DNA of 62,899 nucleotides, filler included, from Choristocarpus tenellus KU-1152 (taxonomy: Eukaryota; Protista; Phaeophyceae), in the NCBI GenBank assembly GCA_964200185.2. It is 10 parts of 10 records of this genome, joined end to end, with 100 filler letters (N's around TTAATTAATTAA, not from the genome) between each part and the next. Parts side by side here need not be neighbours in the genome. Positions count along the whole stretch, not along the records: positions 1 to 17,886 come from CAXNAD020000613.1; 9 more parts are not named here. One strand, given 5' to 3'. Both the position numbers and the translations under genes were made by a program. This document shows, piece after piece, positions 1 through 11,480 of the stretch (its first letter is position 1; every line of letters starts with the position of its first letter). Below the pieces are notes generated by a model. That model was not told the origin of the DNA. It made no database searches and saw only the letters and a program-made list of their open reading frames with translations.

Positions 1-243
1 CAAGGAGGGGCATGTTAGATTCTTGGGATGCTTCCCTAGGTCCTCACACTGGGGTGCAGGACTAAGCTAGGTTGGAGGCACAGGGAGGCGGTGGTACAGC
101 ATAGCTGGTAGTAAAATAAAATAGTGAATAGATGCACGCCTATCACATTTTACGACAACCGTTACTTTTTTAGGGGTTTTCTGACATGTAAAATAGTCTT
201 CATTGTTTTTTCCTCCGACACATCTGCCAAAGTGTCAGAGGGC

Positions 244-247
<4 letters not shown>
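1..247 (+). mobile_element. 3' end of a CRE/RLE-like non-LTR retrotransposon remnant
   Basis: Aligns by eye with 57088-57361 (shared gattcttgggatgcttccct, ggttggaggca, tacgacaac.gttactttt, cagagggcata), which follows an RLE-like coding remnant. Here it is followed by (TAA)n. Confidence 0.5.

Positions 248-296
<49 letters not shown>
245..296. repeat. (TAA)n microsatellite, possibly the retroelement 3' tail
   Basis: Perfect TAA run starting right after cagagggca. Confidence 0.9.
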
Positions 297-297
<1 letters not shown>

Positions 298-309
298 TAA
301 GAGCGCAGT

Positions 310-758
310 TGAGGAACGCTGGGCTTGTCTGTTACCATACCGTCATTGCCGTATGTATGCCATACACCATCACACCAATCGAGATTCCTTTTTGTCTGGA
401 ATCCTAGATACTAGCGGAAAACCCTCCGTGAGACAAGAGAACAAGAGAACAAGAGAACAGTCCCACCATTAGACACCCATTCACTCAGAGATATATACCG
501 GGAGAGCCAGGGGATTCCCTTCAACGCCACCTCCTGCCACTCCGACGATACGCTCTCATCAGGCCCTCACTTCTTTCCACCCCCTTCCCCCTCGTCTCTC
601 CGTCCAACCTCACTCACTCGCCTCGTCCTCTCTGACTCGGGTCGTCTCGGCCCCGTCCGTCCCATCCGGTCCGTCTCCCTGCACGGGCAATTGATTCTCA
701 ATCGACAACACCCTCGTCGGAATAAACCACGCCCGCCACGTGAACCACAAAATTCACA
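310..758 (+). repeat. 5' LTR-like direct repeat
   Basis: Homologous to 5139-5552 (ttgtctgtta.cataccgt, cagagata, gggattccc, gcc.cctcctg, ctctcatcaggcc.tcactt, aattcaca). Confidence 0.7.
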
Positions 759-888
759 TCGGCGGCGCCAGTGACCCACCTCCTCAAGACACGTACACGT
801 ACGTTGTTGAACAGAGACCACAACCCCGACGTCCGCCCCAGCCCACCGAACCCCCAAAACCAGCCGGCATTGACAACAACTTCAACTT

Positions 889-926
<38 letters not shown>

Positions 927-1178
927 TAGACGTTATCGTCGGCAGAGCACAGCCCGTTGACAGAGAAGTCAATCACACTTAAGGCTCTTGATTTCACGGT
1001 CAAACACGAGCCTGGTAAAGCTAAGCGTTACACCAGACACTCAAAATCACGCCTTCAAGTTTGAGGAGCAGGACAAATCCGTTGCTCCAAAACACTGGCA
1101 CCCCTCTGTTGTAATGTCACCAGCGGCAGTCATTCGTACACCACACACAATCAGAAAAAGATCTTGAGGTATCGGCTT

Positions 1179-2217
1179 CTAACCCTAACCCTAACCCTAA
1201 CCCTAACCCTAAGCAAACACAAACTACTTACTAGTAGTAGTTACACTACTGCTGTACTTCCTACAGTGGACTCAGATCCATTGCACAAGGAGAAGGAACC
1301 CTGAGTCTGGCTGGACAACACTTCCGGTATTTACAGTCCCCCAGTGTCATCCCATGACCTGCTCAGGAAACAACAACTACATATGTCGTGTTTTTCCCTT
1401 CATAATGGCTTACTATATCCACCGTATCTCCCAGGCCATCTCCGTAAGAGGAGCTTGTTTAGAGGCCAGTTCACCGTTCCTCTCTCATTAGTTCGTCTCA
1501 TACTCCACCATTGCCAAGATCATACATTGCATTTTCTGGAGACCACCTCAGTCTTCAGCCTTTTCTGCGTTCCATAAGGTCAGAGACTCGATCGCTGGTT
1601 AACAATCAATATCATTGTCCACGCATGGTGCCATGATCATCAGGCATGCCAAACGCTCAAGAACACTCATAGCAGAGCAACACCTGGCCGTAAGCCCATT
1701 GTCACGCCATTTCAACACATTGCTATTGATTTGGTAGAGGACAAAACACGATCCCTCAAGAAGCAAATGGTGTGATGCACTCGTATGTCTTGTCTGCCAT
1801 TTCTTAGGGTTAGGGATAGGGCCAATCCTAACCCAACCCTAACCCTAACCCTAACCCTAACCCTAACCCTCATTTTGTTGTGCCATGCCCTGTTCCAAAC
1901 AAGGAGGCAGTAACAATTTCATATTTGCGGGTAGAACGTGCCTTTTCAATTCTCGTCCCACCCAAGTTGTTCTCCGATGAAGCTACCAAATTTGAAAAAA
2001 GTGGAGTTGCAGTTCTGTCTTTGGCATGCAAGAAAAATAACACCCCACCGTATCACCCCCAAGGGTTAGGGTTAGGGTTAGGGTTAGAGAGAGTAAACGC
2101 CCGTTACATTGTATGCGAGCAATGCATATCTCCATTGCTGAGGATGAACTATCGGGGTTAGGGTTAGGGCATTGCTAGCGACTTTCGTACACCTAGCAAT
2201 GCCATAACCCTAACCCC
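1179..2217. repeat. Cluster of interstitial telomeric tracts inside the Gypsy remnant
   Basis: (CCCTAA)n 1179-1212; TTAGGG then CCCTAA 1804-1870; (TTAGGG)n 2062-2087 and 2155-2169; CCCTAA about 2206-2217. Confidence 0.95.
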
Positions 2218-3284
2218 GACTCACTCCATAGCTCCACTTTCGGTGCAAAGGTGCATGAAATCAACCACATTTTTTTGTTTTTTTCCCTTGTGTTTGAAGG
2301 ACAAGCTCGTTTGCCTGCTGGTCCCATCCTTCGCTCATCTAATGTTTGATTCAGATGTTACTACTACTGGAGAGTGTACTCAGCAAGCCTTGAGATAATT
2401 TACACCTTGCATTTTTTTTTTTCTTGGAGCACCGAAACCTCCTTTTTTTTTTACTTGGCACGTGCAAACTCGTGAACGTGCCAAGCAGCATCTTGCAATT
2501 CCTGATTTCGTACCTGGTGATTACAGTTACAGTCAATGGGCCGCATCAGAGCATCGATGGGCTCAACCCGAAGTTACTCCCCCACTGGAGAGGTCCATAT
2601 GAAGTGAAGTACATTGTAAGTTATCAACCATAATATGTGGGGCCGCACCTGAAATACCCACCACCATTTTCCATTCCTTAAGGTGGATCGAAATATTTCT
2701 GACTACCCCCAAAAGCCCAACCTCCCACACCAGACGAGAGGATAAATCCGATTTTCGGGGGGGGGGGGGGGGGGGTGGAAATGTTTACAATTGCTTCAGG
2801 TTATTTATTGCATTCGCCTTCGTGGCCATGGACACTATTGTGACCTTCAAAAAAAGAATACAACAAATCCCACTGTCGAGAATATGCTTGGATTCTTGTG
2901 CAACAGAAGACGAAGCATGAGACTGGTAGTAGAGAGAACCAATATGATTGGTTGATTTCTACTTTGATGGGTAGAAGAGTAGTAGAGAGAAGCAATATGA
3001 TTGGTTGATTTCTACTTTGAAGGGTAGAACAGCAGTAGAAAGATGATAACTGGCGAGCAACAATATAGGAACGGTTCTATAATTCAGAACGGGAAGATGT
3101 AAGTCTTCCAATAGATAAGTGGAGGCTGGTGTCCAAAGGACAACGGACTCGTGATGAGCGCTTAATGGGCCGTTGGTTTAGATGGCATGACAACAACAAC
3201 ATTCGGTAGCAAGGACAACCCTCCCTACCTGGGCAACCTTAATCCTTCCTACCTGTTCCTCCTATCCAGGTTAGCAAGGATAAC

Positions 3285-3553
3285 GAGTGCAAGTATCTTA
3301 GGGTTAGGGTACGAGTTTTGCTCTGTTTGTCCATTTGGGGCTTGGCTTCCCTCGGGGGGGGGGGTTTTATGAAATATTCCTACGCCAAAATATTTAGGGT
3401 TAGGTAAAATGTATACATTATGAAAAAGGCGTGTCCGCAACAAGGATATTGACACTTCCTAACAAACACGATAGCCGAAATTAGATCAAAATCGCAACAT
3501 TAGATTCTGGCTCCCAAATGGACGCGATTCTACCCTCTCAGATACTTTAGCTC
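3285..3553 (+). mobile_element. MITE family A copy (termini GAG...CTC, TIR core AAGTATCT.AGAGGGTA)
   Basis: Inverted termini gagtgcaagtatctta... and ...taccctctcagatactttagctc; internal sequence shared with 29142-29400 and 33319-33575. Confidence 0.85.
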
Positions 3554-5138
3554 ACCCAATAACAAATTGAATTCGTACCTCCCGGAAACATCAGCTTCCT
3601 TAACACCCACAGTAACATGAAATGATAGCAGCCCATCGTGCACTAAAAAAAAATGGAATGGATAACCAGTAAAATAAACCTCTCGTCCCAAGCAGTCTTG
3701 ACTTGGTAATCCTTTTTTACTGGTACCATACTCCTCTGCATAGTCTGTATATCTTACATTACTGCGATAGCATGACAACCTATTGTCTAAGAGAGACATT
3801 TTTAGATATATGACGCCTGGTACACATCCCCTTAGCCTTACTCATGAATCGTCTGTCTTGACCCAGATTTCATGTTACCCACACACATCATTGTCCTTTG
3901 CATGGGTTAACCATCTTCTCAGGCAATTGCTTGCTTAGATAACTCGTAACGTATCTCAGTCAAACCTGCTCACGACGAGCCTTGAATTGACATCTCGCAT
4001 TTACCAGGTTTATCCATCCTTTGCAAGTAGACTGTAACATACATACGTAGGTGGACGTTTAGATAAATCGAAAATACAGTGTCATCTTTTATCTTTCGAC
4101 TCTCCTCACTTCGCATGAGTGGACACTTGCCGTGGTGAAGAGACTGTCAAATCACAGGGCACATCACCACCGTGTGCGCCAGAGGTAGCCGTTCATTACA
4201 CCATACCTCGTTTTCACAAAATGTATTATTCATCATCATCGTGAAAACACTTTACCTCAACAAAAACAGAGATTCATGTTTCACAAATAGGCAAGTGAAA
4301 GAAAATTAACGTGAGTCACAACTACTCTTTGTTTTTGAGACTGATCCCCCTGATTTGATGTAATGACCATACAGTCACCTCATGTCGTATTGAGAGTTGA
4401 GACTAGCATCATCCATCCTAGTGTCCATTTCAAGCATTGCCATCATCAAGATCAACATTTCCAATCATATCATCAGAATGTGAGGAAGGAGAATGTGTGC
4501 ATATATCATATTTTAATCTAGTCGTCCCCCGTGTTGATTTACAAACATGTACACACACTTGTGTTTCACACATCGGATTTTCAATCAAAATCATCATATA
4601 ACACTCACTAGGCATCTTCACATCACAAACACTAGTCAAGAGCTAGTTTGTTACGCCGTAGAGCATCCACTCCTAGTTTCCCCATTCTTGAGTATCCTCT
4701 GATTGTACAAGATACCAGAGACCTATACGATGACCCCATACACCTCTCAACTCATATTCAGACTGAATGCATCGTTGGCATCATGCCCTCAAACCTTGGT
4801 CATGAGCTTCATGATGCGATACCGATAACGTCCATCAACCTCACTCGTACTTAGACTGACTCATACACCGATCCCACACACACAGACCTCATAAGCTTGA
4901 TTGGTACGCCTGACTGCATACTACCAACCATTGGCTAATGACGTCCTGATCAGATACTTAACAATGCCATGCTCACATATTACACTTCATTTTGCATTAG
5001 TGACATCGTGTAATAAAATGGTGCAATAGTAGTCTAACAGTCACACCTGCTTCTCATTTTGCTCCCAGCGCTCATCCTCCTTTGATTGGCCCCAAATCAT
5101 GCCTCCATGGCTTCGAGGCCCACCAGAAGGGGGGATGA

Positions 5139-5552
5139 TGTGGAAAAGCAGGGTTGTCTGTTATCATACCGTTATCACCTTACACCATATACCGTTACAC
5201 CAATTGAGGTTCTGTGTCTGGAGTCTTGGATTCTAGTGGAGTAACTTCTGTGAGAAAGAGCCCATGGAATCTTTTCGAGAGATAAATCCCACGGGCGGAC
5301 ACACTTTATTCAGAGATACAAAAATTCGAGGGATTCCCCTTGATGTCGCCTCCTGTCACTCCAATCATCCACTCTCATCAGGCCGTCACTTTTTTTACTG
5401 CTCTTGTCCTGTCCTTGTCCAACACTATCTAGCCCTCAGTTCCGGCTCGTCTCAGTCCCCATCTGATCCGTCTTACCCTTTCGTTCTTTCCACCAACCAC
5501 CCTTGTAGGAACGTGTGTACCAATAATAAGCCAAGGTACCACACAATTCACA
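5139..5552 (+). repeat. 3' LTR-like direct repeat
   Basis: Starts TGTGG just after a polypurine tract, ends CA, homologous to 310-758. Confidence 0.7.
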
Positions 5553-5716
5553 TAGTACAGCACCAAAAGTAAAAATCACGAACAATGATACTCTAGTAGT
5601 ACTGTAGTGTATGATTACTATGCAACAAAAATAAATTGTCTTAAAAGCGGTACCACGAGTCGCATTCAAACGGTAAAACTGCAACTCATCCTTACCCCGC
5701 CACAACAACTTCCCCG

Positions 5717-5771
<55 letters not shown>

Positions 5772-6184
5772 TCCNNNNNNNNNNCCTGCCCCCTGCCCCC
5801 TGCCCCCTCCGCCCAGACCTCACACAACATACTTGGTCAGTTGCTCAGATAGCTACATGCAAATGTGACAGTAGCCTGCAGTTTATTTGCAGTTCATGAC
5901 TTAGGTAGTATGGTGGACTATTGAATCGCTGGAAGGGGGGGCTCCATCGGTTCGTGAAATAGGGCATGTTAGGGAGTATGTAGTAGGGAGTCAATTGGTC
6001 GAAGATGGGGGCGGAAAGGATGGCAATCCAAGGCAGCGCAAATAGGGTGAGAGAGATAGGATTATGGCAGTTGGCCACCATGAAAATTGGCCAAAAAAAT
6101 GGCCACTCTGCCCTGCCGCCTTGAAGAAAGGTGGGGTTGTGTTGTGGATTTGAGAGTGTAAGGTGCAAGAGGAATGTTGATGGG

Positions 6185-6540
6185 ATAAGGTATACCCGTA
6201 ACACTTTTTAGGGTTTATCTCGTATGTCACACTGAACATAGGTCCCCTCAGCCAAAGATCGGTCAATATCTGATACACTTCAAGCAGGTGTGTATGGGTG
6301 TATATAAGGTACACCCGTAACACTTTTTAGGGGTTATCTCACATGTCACACTGAACATAGGTCCCCTCAACCAAAGATCGGTCAATATCTGATGCATTTC
6401 AAGCAGGTGTATATGGGTGTATGTAAGGTATACCCATAAAACCGTTTAGAGTTTACCTCACATGTCACACTGAACATAGGTCCCCTCAACCAAAGATCGG
6501 TCAATATCTGATACACTTCAAGCAGGCATGTATGGGTGTA
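6185..6540. repeat. Tandem repeat, about 120-bp unit x3
   Basis: Three near-identical units aaggtatacccgtaacac...atgtcacactgaacataggtcccctca.ccaaagatcggtcaatatctgat...tcaagcagg..tgtatgggtgta. Confidence 0.9.
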
Positions 6541-8729
6541 CAGCCATGTGGGTGGGTGAGCGGGTCTGTGAACATCTGTCAATATGTCTCTCTGTACTGG
6601 TTTGTAACAACCCGAGAAAACACAGTTGCAGTGTAATACTATAGTGGTTTCTTACAACACAAGGCATTTCCTTAACTGATCCACAAACATACCCATACAA
6701 GAGAAGAATCTATTCCTACACAAATAGTGCAAATCATAATAATAATAATAATAAAGGCCTTCCCTTTTCTTACTCGATCCTCACCTGGGGGAAAGGGAAG
6801 GGGTTCCAGCTCTACCGCTCCTTCTTGCTCCCTGCGCTTTTTCCAAGTCTGGGGGCGTGACCACATCGACATTGATAGCATCGGTGACAATAACGATCGT
6901 GCACTCGAAGATGACCCCATCCCACCATAAAAAGGAGAATGGTGTGACACCAGCTTCGTGAGCGACCTTGGTAGCTGGCCCTGCCCTGTTGATACCCCTC
7001 CATTTCCCAAGTGGACAGGACCAAACTGTAAGCATGTTGCACCAGAGTAGTGCGGTGAGCGTGTGTAGCAGCAGGTGAGGGGGGGGAGGGGGGAGCAATG
7101 TGAGGCTGGAAGGGTGAGTACAGGAGTTAGAAGTCTAGGGTTAGGGTTGAGGAAACGGAGACTGCTTTGAGGATCGCAGGGAGGTTTTCTTGGGTAACAA
7201 GTAGGTTTGCTTACCTAGAACAGGAAAGGCTGGTGTGCTCATTCTACGGCATATTTTGACCCCAAAACAATCCTTATATTGGTCGGAATCTGAGCAAACG
7301 TTCCCAGTGGGATTTGTGTGGTGTATTTATTGGGTGCACTTGCGCCAACAGCAAGATCAACGTTCACGGCTTGCATACCAAACTCAGAAAGGGGGTCTGG
7401 GGGGCAGGAGGAGTGGCTTGAAGGAGAGCCCAAGACGAGGTGGAACAAGCTGGAATGAAACACAGTAAGAGCGTGAAAAAAGACGGGCGGGAAGTGAAAG
7501 GACAGGATGAGGCCAAAAGTGAGTTCACTGGCTATATGAGAGGATGTTTCATGACGATTTTTATTCGGCATCAGATTGTAATTAAGTAACACCACGAAAT
7601 ATTCCTGCACCGAAATAGTCTTTCACCCAGTCCACGGGCCTAGGGATAAGCTGGCCTGGAGGAGTATGTAGATGCGGAAGACAGAGTAGTACACCTTCAA
7701 AGTGTGAATTGGCGGCAGGTTGGCACCTGGTTTCTCTCGAGGGGAATTCGTACCTATAGTTTGCTATTCTGTGGAAAAGCGTCCTAGGCAAGCCTCCTAT
7801 TAACAGGACGTACCCTTGCTCGGCGTTGCCTAACCAAGGTAGATCGGGACTTAGTCCCTTCAACGCGGAGGTTATATGCTCAGTCGCAGTGTCTAATCTA
7901 GAGCCTTCACTGAATAGTCTTCGCGGAATTACGCATTGACGAGGGATCAACTATATGGTGGGCAGTACACAGTTTGCACCAGCTATATCGAACTTATTCT
8001 AAACAGCGAAGTGGCTCTACATGTGCAATATGCAGCAAGGGATGTAAAACTTCGAGATGATAAACCTTCCCCAGTTAGTAGAGAAGATGGTTGGTGCTGA
8101 GGGCAACTGTCAACACCAAGAGATGAAGAGAGAGGTTTCGTCAGGCCCGACCCTGACGCACCCCAGCCACGAGTGACCCAATCCTTCTGCTGACAAGACA
8201 ATGAGAAGTCAGTACTTGGCACAAGGTGGGGGTGCAACAGAAGGGATGACGAGGTGATAACAACGTCGAACTACTCTCGAGTTTCGTGCTCCCCCTACAG
8301 TAGTGATGTGACATTTGTTGTTTACTGCTATGGTCGAATGGAAAATGAGGGGTTAAGATCATACGAACAGGACCACCTTGGCTACTGGCGAGAGAAGGGC
8401 TTCAGTGACGCCGAGGATCACTGCAATAACGCAGGTAGCCAGCTGGAGTCTCCCCAGGGTAAACTGCCCTCTCCCTTTGCCATGTCTTGTGGAGCAAAGA
8501 GTAGCCATTGCCCACAATGACAAGAAACCAATTTTAACAAGGGTTCGGCTATCACAATAGGTGCATTTGAGCACACCAGAGTACCCACACGAATGGAAAC
8601 AGCCCTACCAGCACTGTTTCCAGCTCAGTGAAGAATGTAGCGTACTATGGTGTACTTTGTCATAGATGCACACGTATGATGGAGAGGAGGGATGAAGAAT
8701 ACGATGTCGAACGTATTCTGAACTTCAAC

Positions 8730-9320
8730 TTTAGTATTGATTCATTTCAATCCTTCCAATCAACCAATCGCCTAGATGATACATCACTCTGAAGAACTTT
8801 GAGGATGACTTTGCTTGTGTGTCCAACCAATGAGATGTCTCTATCCCTGCCACAATCGATGCGATCAATCTTCTTATAGAGGATGATCATGACCACATGT
8901 TTCGAGATCTGTCGTAGGACTTTCTGGTTACACACAACCAAGTTTCGTGAACTCAACTGGAAGGTTATCTAGAACCATAACTTCACATTTACCATAAATG
9001 AATGCAGTGCTTAAGCAACTTCTATCACCGTTGATGAAATACCGAGCCTCATAGATGTGGATCATTGATCGAGGCCTTCAGCACTAGAGTAAGTGTGGAG
9101 ATCAGTCAATTTGGTATTAAAGAGCACTGTGAAGTATCTCCTCCACCTTTCCATGATGGATTCTTGCTCCCTGAGTAGCTGTCCAGACTCGTCACGGATA
9201 TGCTAAAAGGCGCTCTCTCTAGTTCTCTAGACATTGAAGCCTTTCAGGAGATAATATAAACGCAACTTAGTCTCCACAGTGAAGAAGGTCTTCCATGTTC
9301 CTGGTCTAGGTGTCAAGAAG
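8730..9320 (-). mobile_element. RTE-like LINE reverse-transcriptase remnant
   Basis: Minus-strand fragments IRDESGQLLREQESIMERWRRYFTVLFNTK and IILYKKIDRIDCGRDRDISLVGHTSKVILKV match the pre-RT region and the KKGDxxxCxNYRGISL motif; interrupted by stops. Confidence 0.7.
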
Positions 9321-9324
9321 CTCG

Positions 9325-9580
9325 TGACCCAGAAGATTTAAGATGGTACGGCCGCGTCCGTTGGGGGTCATAAATCCAATGTTGCGATTTTGTTCATCGG
9401 TTATCGTGTTGTTTGTTAGCATCAACATCCTTGCTCCGGACACACCTTTCATGGTAGTATACATTTTAGGTAACTGTGTTCACACAAAAAACCGAAAATG
9501 GGCACAAAAAACCCTTGGGAAGTCAAACCCCGAACGGACAAACGGAGCAAACCTCCTACCCTCTTAAATGCTTTGGATCT
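9325..9580 (-). mobile_element. Diverged MITE family A copy
   Basis: Contains gccgcgtcc, aatccaatgttgcgatttt, ggacacacctttc, ggacaaac, taccctct in the same order as 29142-29400. Confidence 0.6.
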
Positions 9581-9593
9581 CCCTGCAAGGCAG

Positions 9594-9631
<38 letters not shown>

Positions 9632-9639
9632 TCTCATAC

Positions 9640-11480
9640 TTCATTCGTTTGAGCTGCTTGCCAGCATACTTCATCTCCTTGAAAGTAACATTGTAGGGGT
9701 CTGTGCACTGCTGTTCTTTCCATATCCTTGCCCACTCCTCCCAGGCTTCCAAGAAGTTTGCCTGACCTTGTTCACTTGCACACAACCCTCAGGTAGCACC
9801 CTCCGTGAAGTGGGCGGAAGGACTTCTGAGGCAGCATCCAACAAATGGACTATGTACGAAGATGCCAAATTATCGACATTGCAAGGTACGGACTTCACAT
9901 TTTTTTTGCCACATTTTCTTTTCTTAAAGAAAGAGCCCTCATATTGGGGTTCGAACCCTGGATTGTAGATCACCAAGAGTGGCAACAGATACACTATTAA
10001 TTGATTGAAGTATAGGGCTTAGGGAGAAAAGTCCCCCCACCTATTCTTCCTGTGTGTTCGCGCACCCACTCTTTGACCTTGACAAGGATGTTCTCGTCGA
10101 AACCCAGGACGAAACGCCTCTCGTAGCGCCCTTGCTCCGAAACCTTGATGTGACCCTTAGTTAGGAAGTCTATCTCCCATTTAATCACAGTTTCCGGACT
10201 GACCATCGCATATCCTCCTGCCATTTCGATCGCCGTTTGACTGTCTTTCCCCTTATCCATACACTGGTACAGGATTCGCAGTGTTAGAAAAGCCTTAACT
10301 ACCACATTTCCTCGTTGAGCGCCGGAAATGGGCGTCGTCTGTGTTTCCTGGGCGGGTGATATTTCTTTTCATCTAGGCGCAAGGGCGAGGGAGGACAGGC
10401 TTGAGTTGATCGAAAATGGTGTTGATTTCTCCAATGGATGCAGGTTGGGGAGAAAGTCTTAATCAACTTATTACGCCCAATCCCAAGTTCAGGAAAAAGA
10501 GCAAATGTACAGAATCTTGCAAGAAGTGGGAGACACCAAACCATCGGTGTGCAAATAGTTTCAATCTCACCTCCTTTTCTTCCTTGGCGTTCACGTCGAT
10601 GGGTACCTCCACCTGCTTCGACCTCTTCTAAGTAAAGGATTTGGTGGTATCGAAACGTCTCCGCGGCTTCCTTTGTTACGATCGCTTCCTCCTCCACCTT
10701 GCGAGCCCTTTCGACCTTCTTTCAGGCTTCAGAGCCCTTGTACGCCAACCCTAACACCTTCTTTATCGTTTCCTTAAGCCACTCTGGCTCGCAGAGCTTC
10801 CAAACAGCCAGGGCCTCCTGCAACTGTCGACTACTAAGATATTCTACGACCGGGTTTTCACTTAGGCGTTTCCTGAGCGCAATGGCACGCAGCCGCACTA
10901 CTCTCTTCCTTAATCTTCTCTTCGGGCGGCCGCCCCGGTTCTCCCTTCGCCCGCCACGACCAGGCTTCCCCACAGACTTGGTCACTGTATCATGTGGTGA
11001 TGGACTCGCCGCTCCCTTCATGCTTTCCCGAGGTGGCAGAGACTGCAGAGCAGTGCTCCGACGTTGATCAAGACCCAACCACGTTTGTGTAAAAATGCTT
11101 TCAATGCATCTTCTCTCAGCATCCATGTCGCGGCGGCGTAGCCCATTTCGCGATTTGATCATGCTGCTGCGCCACACTGCTCGTACTTTCTCGTCACTTA
11201 ACATCGCACTGAGTGTCACACGGTACTTGCTTTTCCGTCGCCTCTCGGCAGAGAAGTTACCCACGGTAGATCCATGGGGCAGGGTGGCCTCGGCATATCT
11301 GTGAAAGTCACGTGTGTGTGTGTGCTCACAGAAAGTATCCAAAAAGGAGTTAAAAAGATGTCCCGATAAAAAAAAATCCGGAAATCTTGGGGTTTTGTCT
11401 GCATTCTTTTTCGGTACAGTCTCACTGGTCAAACCTAGGCAGTCACGTACCCCGGACCAGTTCTCTACAAGGAGTACAGG
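9640..11480 (-). mobile_element. Frameshifted IS630/Tc1-mariner-like DNA transposase remnant (N-terminal and HTH part)
   Basis: Consecutive broken ORFs 10722-11483, 10299-10697 and 9997-10305. VSPETVIKWEIDFLTKGHIKVSEQGRYERRFVLGFDENILVKVKEWVREH resembles from memory the HTH/linker of eukaryotic IS630-like transposases. No DDE triad or TIR resolved. Confidence 0.5.

Larger units (their letters stand above)
310..5552 (+). mobile_element. Decayed Ty3/Gypsy LTR retrotransposon
   Basis: Two diverged direct repeats (310-758, 5139-5552), both TG...aattcaCA. PBS-like tcggcggcgccagtg follows the first; polypurine tract AGAAGGGGGGA (5125-5135) precedes the second. Integrase remnants at about 1340-2640: PFQHIAIDLVE, VPNKEAVTI, LFSDEATKFE, TPPYHPQG..ERVN, KLLPHWRGPYEV. 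Flanks CAGT/TAGT may be a decayed 4-bp TSD. Confidence 0.75.

Noticed and set aside
5713-5800. Poly-proline ORF or G-quadruplex element
   Set aside because: Homopolymer next to an N gap; length and sequence are unreliable.
6185-6540. CRISPR-like array
   Set aside because: Units are contiguous with no unique spacers, there are no cas genes, and the context is eukaryotic.
7200-8600. Possible Copia or other retroelement remnant (VIVGNG-like fragment on the minus strand)
   Set aside because: Too degraded to assign without an HMM search.
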